Positions 1 through 10,982 of a stretch of DNA of 64,000 nt are shown one piece after another. Every line of letters starts with the position of its first letter. Position 1 is the first letter of the stretch. The stretch covers positions 320,001 through 384,000 of the forward strand of contig CAVZQN010000003.1 of the NCBI GenBank assembly GCA_963777505.1. The letters run 5' to 3'. Origin of the DNA: an uncultured bacterium. Lineage in GTDB: Bacteria > Acidobacteriota > HRBIN11 > JAKEFK01. The position numbers and the translations under genes are program-made. The notes beneath the pieces were generated by a model, which was not told where the DNA came from, did not search any database, and saw only the letters and a program-made list of their open reading frames with translations.

Positions 1-215
1 TGCGGCACTGTATTAGACCCTTTCGATATTGAGGGTTTTGCTGATGCAATTTACAGCTATCGAAATGATCCTGAGAAGTGGCGGATTCAATCCCGCAAAG
101 GAATCAGTTCCGCTTCTCTTTTTCCTATGAGAACTACCTTAAGAAAGTGACCGAGCTTCTCCAGTTAAACGATAAGATGATAGAAAGAGGAATGACGCCA
201 GTTCCAACTGATTAA
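1..215 (+). CDS. C-terminal fragment of a GT4-type glycosyltransferase (starts before the window; apparent frameshift at the T-run near 119-123)
   Basis: Frame 1 reads CGTVLDPFDIEGFADAIYSYRNDPEKWRIQSRKG, typical of a GT-B C-terminus. Adding one T continues it as FSYENYLKKVTELL to TAA at 213-215. Confidence 0.6.
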
Positions 216-225
216 ATAACTCACT

Positions 226-1624
226 ATGGAAATCCTAACAAACGCATCTCCGCCGTTAACGCGTGAGCTTCACCCCGTTACGATTGAATCGACTAAGCCA
301 GCGAATATATTGCCGCTCCTGTTCATTCTGATTCACGTTCCTTTGGCTTTACAGATGGATAAATATGAACAGATTTCCACAGCTCACGCGTACGTCGTTC
401 TGGCCGTAGGTATCATTGCAGCGATTGCAAAAAGGCTTGATATTGCAGCAGCTGCGGCTGCATATATTACAGGCGCAGAAGTCTTATGGCGAATGACACA
501 CGCAAACGTCTTCTGGGAGTTTGGAAAATATGCAACGGTTGCTATCTTTATTGTTGGCTTGATCCGTTCAGGAATTCGAAACTCGGTTTTACCTTTTATT
601 TACTTTGGTCTTCTCATTCCTTCAACAATCCTTACGGCTGAAGGATTATCAATCGCTCTTGCTCGATCGGAACTTAGTTTTAATCTTTCCGGACCTCTTG
701 CGCTTCTCGTAACTACTTGCTTTTTTTCTGGATTGTCGTTCACCAGGAAACAAATAGGAAATATTTTTATTTCTATGCTGGCACCGATTAGTGGAATTGC
801 CTCGATTGCAGCCTATTCAACATTGACCGCCACCGCTATTCATTGGAGTGGTGAATCGAATTGGACAACAAGCGGTGGGTTTGGTCCCAATCAAGTTTCA
901 TCGATGCTAGGCCTTGGTGCACTAACAACACTGTGGTGTTTTATCGCACTGAAATCCACAAAATTCTTGAAACTGGTACTGATGGGTCTGGGTATTGTTT
1001 TGATCACACAAGCGCTGCTCACATTTTCAAGGGGCGGCGTGTATCTCGCTGTTGCCAGTATTTTGGTTGTCGATAATTTTTCTGGTCAGACAACCCCGGC
1101 AGCTCATTCAGCTTCTTTTTGGAGCTGTTGTAGTAAGCGTAATCATGTTTGCACTGGTGAGGCCATGGCTGAATTCATTTACCGGAAATCGCTTAGAGGA
1201 GCGCTATAAGAATGTCGGAACAACTGGACGTATAGAAATTATCGAAGATGATTTGAGAATCTGGAGCGAGCATCCATTTCTTGGAGTAGGACCAGGTCAA
1301 GCTATGGATTATAGAAGATTATTTGAGCGCGGAGCGCTTGCCCATACTGAGTTTACACGCATGCTTGCTGAACATGGCATGCTCGGTCTTGCTGCCATCG
1401 GTATATTAATAGCAATTGCATTTCGAAATATGCATCAAACACCGTCAGGAGTTGGGAGAGCGGTTAACGGTTCGCTCATATTTTGGAGTATTTCTTTTAT
1501 GGCAATTTATGCAATGAGGCTTGCTGCTCCAGCATTTTTATTTGGTCTGAGCTCAGCGTATACCGTTGAGGATGACGATTATGTCATAGCAGGCGACGAA
1601 GTTGATGAAGAGAACAGCGAATGA
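226..1624 (+). CDS. O-antigen ligase/Wzy polymerase-like polytopic membrane protein, split by an apparent frameshift near 1060-1075
   Basis: ORF 226-1209 has many TM segments and LLTFSRGG. ORF 1052-1624 continues with TGRIEII..W..HPFLGVGPGQ..AHTEFTRMLAEHGMLGL, matching the Wzy_C motifs. Confidence 0.8.
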
Positions 1625-2682
1625 AGCATCGTTCACTTCTCATTGTAGGAAATTTCCTTTCACAAGCTTCGAAGACTAGAAGCGTTTGCGAAGATCTGGC
1701 AGAGCGCTTAACCGATTCCGGATGGTCTGTAATTACAACTTCTTCAAGAAAACCTCGCGCTGCACGCCTGATGGATATGCTTTCCACAATTTGGAAAAAA
1801 AGAAATGAGTATGAAATTGCACAGGTTGATGTTTATAGCGGACGTGCTTTTTTATGGGCAGAAGCTTCTTGCTGGACGCTTCGTCAGGCGCGAAAGGATT
1901 ATGTTTTAACTCTTCATGGTGGCAACCTTCCAGAATTTTCACGGAAGCATCCAGAAAGAGTTCGCAAGCTTCTAAATTCAGCAATTGCTGTAACGTCACC
2001 TTCTTTGTATCTGGCAGAATTAATGGGCCAGTATCGGCAGGATTTGATCCTGCTGCCGAATCCAATTGATGTAAATGCATTTTCATATCGAATGCGAAAA
2101 GATCCTAAACCAAGATTGGTCTGGCTTCGTGCATTTCATAGAATCTACAATCCACAGCTAGCTGTTAAGGTGCTTGCACTGTTGACTCAAGATTTTCCGG
2201 AGATTCAACTCATTATGGGCGGACCAGATAAAGATGGTGTGACATTGAAAGAATTTAGAGAGACAGCGGAGACACTTAAAGTCTGGGACAGAATTGAAAT
2301 ATCTGGATCCATCCAACGCAGTAATATCAGTGCTTTTCTAAACCGGGGCGATATTTTTCTTAACACAACTTTTTTTGATAACACTCCAGTTAGTGTGATG
2401 GAAGCCATGGCATGCGGGCTTTGTATAGTCAGTACGAATGTCGGCGGAATACCAAAACTCCTTGAGCATGAAAAAGATGCTTTATTGGTGCCGCCAGATG
2501 ATCACAATGCGATGGCCGCAGCTGTATCCCGCCTTTTAACTGAAACGGAATTTTCTTCAAAAATTTCAGCGGGCGCTCGCTCTAAAGTGGAAAATTTTGA
2601 TTGGTCTCAGATTCTTCCAAAATGGCAATCTCTTTTTGTGGCCTGCTCCAAGCAAAACCAAATCACTCCCATCGGAAACTAA
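1621..2682 (+). CDS. Glycosyltransferase family 4
   Basis: DIFLNTTFFDNTPVSVMEAMACGLCIVSTNVGGIP is a GT4 signature. Confidence 0.92.
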   Translation: MKHRSLLIVGNFLSQASKTRSVCEDLAERLTDSGWSVITTSSRKPRAARLMDMLSTIWKKRNEYEIAQVDVYSGRAFLWAEASCWTLRQARKDYVLTLHGGNLPEFSRKHPERVRKLLNSAIAVTSPSLYLAELMGQYRQDLILLPNPIDVNAFSYRMRKDPKPRLVWLRAFHRIYNPQLAVKVLALLTQDFPEIQLIMGGPDKDGVTLKEFRETAETLKVWDRIEISGSIQRSNISAFLNRGDIFLNTTFFDNTPVSVMEAMACGLCIVSTNVGGIPKLLEHEKDALLVPPDDHNAMAAAVSRLLTETEFSSKISAGARSKVENFDWSQILPKWQSLFVACSKQNQITPIGN

Positions 2683-2685
2683 GAA

Positions 2686-4062
2686 ATGTCACTTCCAGAA
2701 CAGAATTCATGGAATCGAATTTTGCGAAATTGGATTTTACCCGTTGGCGATTTCGCTTTCGGACAGGGAATGATTGAACGATTCAATTATCTTGAAAAAG
2801 CACAATGGTGGGATCAAGAAAAAATTCATAAAGTACGAAACGAAAGTCTGCAAAAACTAATTCAAATTGCCTTTCATGAAGTTCCGTACTACCGCGAGCA
2901 AATGATGCGCGCAAACGTCAAGCCAGAAGATATAAGGACAATCTCTGATCTGCAAAAAATTCCGATTTCAACAAAAGACATGTTTCGGGAAAATCATCCA
3001 GCCAAGACAGTCAGACAAACGAAACAAAGACATTACGAAGTACGAACATCAGGTTCTACGGGAAAGAATTTTTCTGTAATTGAAGATGCGGCAACGGCTG
3101 GCTCATACCGGGCATGCCACCTTCTCTCACTTAGTTGGGCAGGATGGAATATTGGTGACCCTCATCTTCAAACTGGAATGACATTGAAAAGAAGTTTGGA
3201 CAGAAAGCTCAAAGATGCTTTCATGCGATGTCACTATGTTTCAGCATTTGATCTAACCGATGAAAATTTGGATCGAAGTCTAGAGCGAATCGAACGTAAC
3301 AAATTGAAGCATGTTTGGGGTTATCCTGGCAGTATATTTTTTCTTGCGCGTAGAGCATTACAAAATGGATTTCTCGAAAAGCTGAATTCAGTTGTAACCT
3401 GGGGGGACACTCTCTACAGCAACTATCGTGAAACAATTGAAAAGGCATTTCAGGTTCGTGTTCATGACACATATGGTTGTGGTGAGGGAATACAAATCTC
3501 CGCGCAATGCGGTGTGGGCAGCAACTATCATATCCATTCACTGGATACGATTGTTGAGTTCATCAATGATGATGGCACTCCCGCAGCTTCAGGTGAACCA
3601 GCAAACATTATTCTTACGCGATTACATCCCGGTCCGATGCCTTTGATCCGTTACAGGGTTGGAGATGTTGGAATTTCTTCTTTAGATAAAAAATGCGAAT
3701 GTGGAAGAGGATTTGATTTAATGCATAGCATCCAGGGGCGGGATACAGATGTGGTAATCACTCCGAATGGCAACAAATTGATCGTCCATTTTTTTACTGG
3801 AGTCCTTGAACATTTCCATGAAATTGACTCCTTCCAGGTAATTCAAGAATCAATCGATTCTATCCTCATCCGAATGGTGCTTAACACGCCTTTAACAAAA
3901 GAACTCGATAATAGGATTGTGAAGGCTCTTCAAGAAAAAGGAGCAACCGGTTTGCGTATCGAGCTTGAGACAGTCAGCGACATTCCAATTTCAAAGAACG
4001 GTAAAAGAAGGTTTGTTATTAGCAGTGTTGGAAAATCGAACATAAGCTCAAATGTTGTATAA
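2686..4062 (+). CDS. Phenylacetate-CoA ligase/CapK-like adenylate-forming enzyme
   Basis: TSGSTG loop, YGCGE, MPLIRYRVGD, GRDTD and GKRR motifs; located within the polysaccharide cluster. Confidence 0.88.
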   Translation: MSLPEQNSWNRILRNWILPVGDFAFGQGMIERFNYLEKAQWWDQEKIHKVRNESLQKLIQIAFHEVPYYREQMMRANVKPEDIRTISDLQKIPISTKDMFRENHPAKTVRQTKQRHYEVRTSGSTGKNFSVIEDAATAGSYRACHLLSLSWAGWNIGDPHLQTGMTLKRSLDRKLKDAFMRCHYVSAFDLTDENLDRSLERIERNKLKHVWGYPGSIFFLARRALQNGFLEKLNSVVTWGDTLYSNYRETIEKAFQVRVHDTYGCGEGIQISAQCGVGSNYHIHSLDTIVEFINDDGTPAASGEPANIILTRLHPGPMPLIRYRVGDVGISSLDKKCECGRGFDLMHSIQGRDTDVVITPNGNKLIVHFFTGVLEHFHEIDSFQVIQESIDSILIRMVLNTPLTKELDNRIVKALQEKGATGLRIELETVSDIPISKNGKRRFVISSVGKSNISSNVV

Positions 4063-4155
4063 GAACTGGAGTTCCTCCTCTAGATTTAGTGCTTCTCCCG
4101 TTTGAAATTCGGACAAATCTCATACAAAAACGGCGATTTTGAGAGGAGTGGTCTG

Positions 4156-4171
4156 TGGCTTAACTCTTGCA
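4156..4171 (+). promoter_or_regulatory. Candidate sigma-54 (-24/-12) promoter
   Basis: TGGCTTAACTCTTGCA has GG-N10-GC spacing with TTGC, and lies in an 826-bp intergenic region. Confidence 0.5.
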
Positions 4172-4888
4172 TACTTCTTGTCGAACTTAGAATGCCGATG
4201 ATCGGACTGGACCACCGATCATCAGAAAAGCAATAGATTTTCGACAGATTTCCTAATTAGGAATACAATTGTAGTACTACCGGTTAAGTGGAATCTATTA
4301 AGAAGATCCTATTCGATTAAGATTTTTTGCAAAAAGGTTGATCCGAGATAGCATTTTTTGATTTCGGAGACCATATTTAAAGTGTCTTTTTGCATTAAGT
4401 GTTGTTCGTGGCTGAGTTGGTTTGAATTGGGCAAGTGGAGATTATGGCGTTCGTAATTGATTCGTGTGTTTCCGTGAACATCAGTATAGCCTCTGGAATT
4501 CGTAATAAGAATTCTATGCATTTCGCTTATGGGGGTGGGGTTTTATGCCGCACTGTGGTACTGGACGAGCTTTCAAAGCAACATTGCTGCAGTTCCCAGT
4601 CCAGAGATCTCACACTTCAGCAGTCATATTCAGAGGAAACCAAATCGCAACAATTGACGATAACTTTAATAACTAACAAAAAAGAACTTCTTTCCGGAAA
4701 GACGGAGAACAATGAGGGTTGTTCGAATTGTCTTGAATCGCCGGGAAAATTATTGCAATAGTGACGTGTTTTGAAGCGTGATGCTGCACATTCAATTTCT
4801 AAAATCATTTTCGATTCGTAGAAATTGAAACCTTATTAAAAAAAGCACACGTAACAGTTAGAGGTCTGAAGAGAGAGGAGAAGGGAGT

Positions 4889-7800
4889 ATGCAGTTAACG
4901 GGCGTATTGCGTCTAATAGGACGTTTCGTCGATCGGTATTTAAAGCTAGTTCTGCTCGACGCAGTCGTAGTCATGCTGAGTTTATGGACTGCGTGGTCGA
5001 TTCGAGCACTCACAACGGATCTCGATAGAGGTCCGGTTCTGCTATTTACATCTCTGTCCGTTCTAATTTATTGGCTTTCCAACCTCTGGTTCCGTATGTA
5101 TCAACGGATCTGGAAGTATGCCGCCGCTGCCGAAATTATCAGTATTGCAGAAGCAAATATGTGCTCTGTTTCCATTATTGTGATACTCGATTTATTGTGG
5201 CCCGATACACGGCCCATTCCGATTAGTGTCCTTTTACTGAGCGGCGTTTTTTCGTTTTGTGGTTTTATCATGGTTCGTTATCGACAAAGACTGTGGACCG
5301 GGCTTAATTGGAGATGGAATGCCTATCGAAAGCCCGCCGGACAGGATCAAGAGCGCGTTCTAATTGTCGGTGCCGGAGAAGCGGGTGAAATCTTTGCACG
5401 CCGTATCCTTTATTCGCCGACCGGTGGAAAACGACATGAAATAGTCGGCTTTATTGATGATGATTCTGCGAAGCATAGAATGAGGCTGCATGATTTGCCG
5501 ATTTTTGGCGGATATACATTAATTCCTGAAATCGTTGCCAAGTATGAAGTTGATTTGCTTGTCATCGCAATCTATAACATCACCGGCCCCAACTTCAGAA
5601 ATATTTTGGATGTTTGCGAGAATACACCTGCGCGAATCAAAATCATCCCGGACCCAATGGAGTTTCTGGAACTTCAATCTGATGCGCCGCCTATTCGTGA
5701 CGTTTCTTCCGAAGATCTCTTAGGAAGAAAAGCAGTAGAAATTGATGCTAGTGCTTGCAGCAAGTTGTTGGAAGGTTGTCGTGTCCTTGTTACAGGAGCT
5801 GCTGGCTCAATCGGTTCTGAGCTGTGTGAACAGATTCTATCTTTTAATCCCCAGCAACTCATTCTCCTGGATAATAACGAATCAGGATTATATGAAATTC
5901 ACAATCATCTAAAGCGGCTACTGGCAGCTCAAGCGATCAAAACGCGAATGACTTCAATAGATAAACTGATTCCTATCGTGTGCAGTATTACCAATCGTTC
6001 AAAAATGAATTTTGTATTCAGTAAATATCGTCCAGAGATCGTGTTCCATGCCGCAGCCTATAAACATGTTCCGATGATGGAAGATCAACCGGATGAAGCT
6101 TTATGGGTGAACGTATACGGTACAAAAAATCTTGTTGAACTATCGCGAGAATACGAAGTAGAACGTTTTGTATTTGTTTCGACCGACAAAGCAGTTCAAC
6201 CGGTATGTATGATGGGCGCAACAAAATGGTTGGCTGAACTGATGATCATGAATCCTGATGCCTGGTCCCGCAGAGGACGTGAAGTAGGGGCAGAAGAACG
6301 TCGAAAACAACAGAGAACATCAGCCGAGACATCAAGCGGCTGAAACGGACAGCTCGAATTTTGATGGCACTTTGTATACAGCTGTACGTTTTGGAAATGT
6401 GCTTGCGAGCCGCGGAAGTGTTGTGCCTGCTTTTGAACAACAGATCCGCGCAGGCGGTCCTGTGATGGTTACACATCCTGAAATGACACGCTACTTCTTA
6501 AGTATTAAGGAAGCGGTCAGGCTCATTATTCAGGCGGCTACTTTTACACAAGGCTGCGATATTTTCATGCTGCACATGGGAGAGCGAATTAAGATTGATG
6601 ATCTTGCGCGCCGATTAATCAGGCTTCGCGGAGCACGTCCGGATATCGATATCCCGATCGTCTATACAGGAATCAGACCGGGCGAAAAAATGCATGAAGA
6701 ATTGGTAGCACCAGGTGAATTAAAACTTGATACGCAGCATTCACGAATCTTCAGGATCAGAAAAAATCAGATGCCTGCTCCCGAACTTCTTGCAGATGAA
6801 ATCGATGAATTACAAAAGCTTGCGAAGGATCATGAACATGCAGATCTTGCTGACAGATTGCAAAAATTCGTTTCAGTAACTGAGGGTCAGCAACCTGGCG
6901 GACATACAATCATGTTCCGCGGAAAAATTTCAGAACTTATGACAAACGCGCGTGATGCAGAATCTAGCGAAAATTGGGATCTCGCCCTTGAACATTATGG
7001 TGATGCACTCAGATTGAGTGAAGGAATTCAAAATCGTTCTGCTGATTTGCTCTGCAAAATGGCAGCGATTCATTTGAAGAAATGGAACATCGGCGAAGCC
7101 ACTGAAATGCTGAATCAAAGCAAGGATCTCAGCAGAAGGAACGGTTACATTCCTGGATTACTTCAATCCAGCATCTTGCTAGGCAAAACGGCTGAACTCG
7201 CGGGAGATTATCTACTCGCGATTAAACATTATCGTTCTGCAATGCGCATGGAAGCCTTGTATAAAACGAATGAAAACAAAGCAACGATTCTAGCCAGCAT
7301 TGGCCGCGTACTTGAAAAGCAAGGTAAATTTCATAAGGCAGTTCCATATTTGAAAAAAGCAGTTGATTGCATGAAAGAGGAGCCTATTTCATCTGAGAAA
7401 GCCGAAGCAATTTACCGGCTGGGTTCCTGTGCAGCTCAATTATCATGGCCCCAGCGCGCGGAAAAATGTTTGTATCAAGCTCTTATACTGTCGCGTCAAC
7501 TTCAAGACAGAAATCTTCAAGCGGAAATTTATATACAGCTTTCACGTTTGAGTCTTATGAGAAAGCAAAGATTGAAAGCTCGTGAGCTTGCAGAACAATC
7601 ACTCGAAATTTTGCTCTCCGGTGGCTCTAAACTAAAACTTGCGGAAGCATACTTAATACTTGGAAGCATTCTTCGTGAAGAACTGAAGTTGGGACTCGCT
7701 GAAGAGCATTTGCAAAAATGTTTGAATCTTTGTGCCGAAACTGGCCAGGTTATGTTAACAGGCGATGTGTATGTTGCACTCTCTGTGCTTTACATGGATC

Positions 7801-8627
7801 AGGAACAAATTACAAAGGCCCTTCAGCACCTTTCACTGGCTCAAACGCAATTCAGCCGTGTGACAAAACCTGCCGAGTTAGTTCAAACCAGAGCAAAAAT
7901 GGAAGAACTCGAAAAATTGTTTGTTCGCGCTTGCCGTGAGCTTGCAAGTAATTCGGGTCGAGGTTGGGATGAGGATCATGGCTTACGCGTCGCATTGCAC
8001 TGTCTTGAACTCGCAGAATGGCTCGGTCTAACTGGCGATCAAAAGAAAGCTCTCGTTTCAGCTGCACTGTTGCACGATATCGGCACATCAAAAGTGTGTG
8101 AAGAAATTCTTATGAAACGTGGATTGCTTACAGAAGAGGAGCTGACTGAAGTTAAGAAACACGTGCTGCATTCTGCAGCCATGATTGAGGATATTCAATT
8201 CCCGTGGCCGGAAGTCCTTGCATACGTGAAATATCATCACGAAAGATATGATGGTGAAGGATATCCCTTAGGGCTGCGAAAGGATGAAATTCACCTTGGT
8301 GCTCGCATCCTTGCATTAGCTGATTTTTATGTCGCACTGACATCTGACAGAAGCCATCGAAAAGCATTTCCCGTGCAGGAAGCCCTAGAAATGGTTCGTC
8401 AGGAATCGGGAAGAATGTTCGATCCGAAAGTTGTTGAAGTATTTTTGCATCCGCGTTTTGTAGATATGCTTCTTTCAATGACTGGAAATGTAGAAGACAG
8501 GATGGATTCATCTCCATTATGGACGAGATTACAGAATGTTGCGACAGCCTCTCCTTCTCTTAAACTAAAAAATGCGACTTCCACCGGAAATCGTGTTGAT
8601 GAACGGGATGGCACATTCGGCTTATAG
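4889..8627 (+). CDS. CapD/PglF-like membrane UDP-sugar 4,6-dehydratase continuing in frame into TPR repeats and an HD-GYP domain; apparent frameshift between 6288 and 6341
   Basis: N-terminal TMs, then VGAGEAG, DLLGR, TGAAGSIGSE, FHAAAYKHVP, VSTDKAV, MGATK. Second frame: AVRFGNVLASRGSV, MTRYF, GIRPGEKMHEEL, then TPR-like helices, then LHDIG and HHERYDGEGYP. Confidence 0.85.
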
Positions 8628-8738
8628 CATCTAAAGCTTCCATTGATGTGTGATTCATAATAGTAATAGAGATGGCAGAGCTCTAGGCAGTCTACTGATT
8701 AATGTTTCTTAAAATTCGCCTGGCTTAGAATACAAAAA

Positions 8739-10982
8739 TTGAAAATCGCAATTTTAGTCGGTACCCGCCCTGAAATCATAAAGATGTCTCCAGTTATTCT
8801 GGAGTGTCAGCGGCGTGGACTTCCATTCTTCATCATTCATTCCAAACAACACTATTCAGAAAAATTGGATTCTATTTTTTTTGAAGAATTACAGCTTCCA
8901 CTGCCGAAATACAATCTGAACGCAGGATCAGGAGGGCATGCCAATCAAACCGGCCGAATCTTGATTGAAATCGAACCTATTCTGGAAAACGAAAAACCAG
9001 ATCTACTGCTTGTTCAAGGTGACACCAATACGGTTGTTGCCGGAGCATTGGCAGCTCAAAAAATGCAGATTAAGGTCGGCCATATCGAAGCGGGCTTGCG
9101 ATCTTTTGATAAAACGATGCCTGAAGAGAGCAATCGTATTATTGCCGATCACATTTCGGATTTTTTATTTGCAGTAACGGATATCCAGGTTGACATTCTA
9201 AAGCGCGAAGGAATCGCAGATGAAAAAATATTCAAAGTTGGAAACACAATTGTAGATGCATTGCTTCGCAACATTGCAGTTGCTTCCAGTAAGAGCCGGA
9301 TAGTCTCTGAGCTTCAATTGAAACCCAAGGAATATTATCTTTTTACTGCGCATCGTGGTTCAAATGTTGATGAAGATCAATCTTTAAAAGAAGTGGTTGA
9401 TCTCATTGAATCGATTCCTGGAAAAGTTGTCTGGCCGCTTCATTATCGTACTCAGAAAAGATTGAATCAGACCGGATTAATTCCACCCGGCAATGCATTG
9501 ATTATTGAACCACTTGGATATTGGGATTTTCTGGAATTGCTTGATCAGTGCAAAAAAGTAATTACTGATTCAGGAGGCGTTCAAGAGGAAGCGTGTATTC
9601 TGGGAGTGCCTTGTATAACAATTCGTGCCAATACAGAAAGGCCAGAAACGGTCAAGATTGGAGCTAACGATGTCGTTTACCATGACCGTGAAAAACTTCT
9701 GGCTGCAATCCATAAGAGCCCGTCAAAATGGGAGAATCCTTTCGGCGATGGTCAAACGGCTCAACGTATTTTGGATATTGTTACGCCTAAATCTTTGCAC
9801 TCGAAATCTCTTTTTCCCGAAACTGTAAGTGTTATCGGCTTAGGCTATATGGGACTGCCGACAGCTCTTTTGCTTGCGACTAATGGCGTGAAGGTAAATG
9901 GAATCGATATCAATGAAAAGAAAGTGGAATCAATCCGGTCAGGCAAATGTCCGTTCGATGAACGTGGAATGGAGAGTCTGCTGAAAGAAGCGCTTGAAAC
10001 CGGACTTTTCAATGTCACCACAGAACTTAAAAGAGCTGATATTTATATTGTTGCTGTTCCAACTCCGCATGTGGATCGTCGTTGCGATTTGACGTATGTT
10101 CTGCAAGCCGTTTCTAATTTATTGCCTGTCTTTAAAAATGGCGATCTTCTAATCATAGAATCCACAATAAAGCCTGGTACGTGCTCAAACCACATAATGC
10201 CACTGTTAAAAAAAGCGGGAATCAATGTCGAAGTAGCACATTGTCCGGAACGGGCCATTCCTGGAAATACGCTGCATGAGATTCTTCACAACGACAGAAT
10301 CGTTGGAGGTTCGGCATCGGCTGTAACACGCGCTAAAGCGCTCTATTCGACGTTTGTTCGCGGTAAACTTCACGAAGCGGATCTTATTACTGCTGAGTGT
10401 GCCAAACTCATGGAAAATACTTACCGTGACGTCAATATCGCTTTAGCAAATGAATTTTCGATTGTTGCTGAGGAATTGGGCTTCGACGTTTTTAAAGCGA
10501 TTCGTCTGGCAAACCTTCATCCACGCGTGAGCATTTTGAATCCCGGTGTCGGTGTTGGTGGACATTGCATTGCAATTGACCCATGGTTTTTGATTGAGGA
10601 TGTGAAGAAGTCGACATTGATCCGAGCATCACGTGAACTGAACGATAGTATGCCAAAGAGAACTGTCGAACGAATTGAAAGCAAGATTCCAAAAGGAACG
10701 AAACGTCTCGGATTGCTTGGCGTTAGCTACAAGCCCAATGTGGACGATGCACGGGAAACTCCGGCGCTCAAAGTTGCCAGGGCATTGTTAGAAAAAAAAT
10801 ACGAAATCCGATGTCAGGATCCCTATGTGAAAGAGTGGGATCTACCATTATTTCCTTTTGAAAATGTAGAACAATGGGCTGAGGTACTCATTGTATTGAG
10901 CGAACACGATGTCTACAATAATTTAACGTCACATCTCCCGATTCTTCATCTGCACGATATTTTAAATCCCTCAACTTTGTAA
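8739..10982 (+). CDS. wecB-wecC: Fused UDP-GlcNAc 2-epimerase and UDP-ManNAc dehydrogenase
   Basis: N-half: GTRPEIIK, QGDTNT, HIEAGLRS, DSGGVQEEA. C-half: GLGYMG, VPTP, EST, CPER, KLMEN, GVGGHC. Confidence 0.9.
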   Translation: MKIAILVGTRPEIIKMSPVILECQRRGLPFFIIHSKQHYSEKLDSIFFEELQLPLPKYNLNAGSGGHANQTGRILIEIEPILENEKPDLLLVQGDTNTVVAGALAAQKMQIKVGHIEAGLRSFDKTMPEESNRIIADHISDFLFAVTDIQVDILKREGIADEKIFKVGNTIVDALLRNIAVASSKSRIVSELQLKPKEYYLFTAHRGSNVDEDQSLKEVVDLIESIPGKVVWPLHYRTQKRLNQTGLIPPGNALIIEPLGYWDFLELLDQCKKVITDSGGVQEEACILGVPCITIRANTERPETVKIGANDVVYHDREKLLAAIHKSPSKWENPFGDGQTAQRILDIVTPKSLHSKSLFPETVSVIGLGYMGLPTALLLATNGVKVNGIDINEKKVESIRSGKCPFDERGMESLLKEALETGLFNVTTELKRADIYIVAVPTPHVDRRCDLTYVLQAVSNLLPVFKNGDLLIIESTIKPGTCSNHIMPLLKKAGINVEVAHCPERAIPGNTLHEILHNDRIVGGSASAVTRAKALYSTFVRGKLHEADLITAECAKLMENTYRDVNIALANEFSIVAEELGFDVFKAIRLANLHPRVSILNPGVGVGGHCIAIDPWFLIEDVKKSTLIRASRELNDSMPKRTVERIESKIPKGTKRLGLLGVSYKPNVDDARETPALKVARALLEKKYEIRCQDPYVKEWDLPLFPFENVEQWAEVLIVLSEHDVYNNLTSHLPILHLHDILNPSTL

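Noticed and set aside
4309-4808. Short ORFs in the long intergenic region
   Set aside because: No recognisable motifs or SD sequences, and composition is atypical; not supportable as genes.
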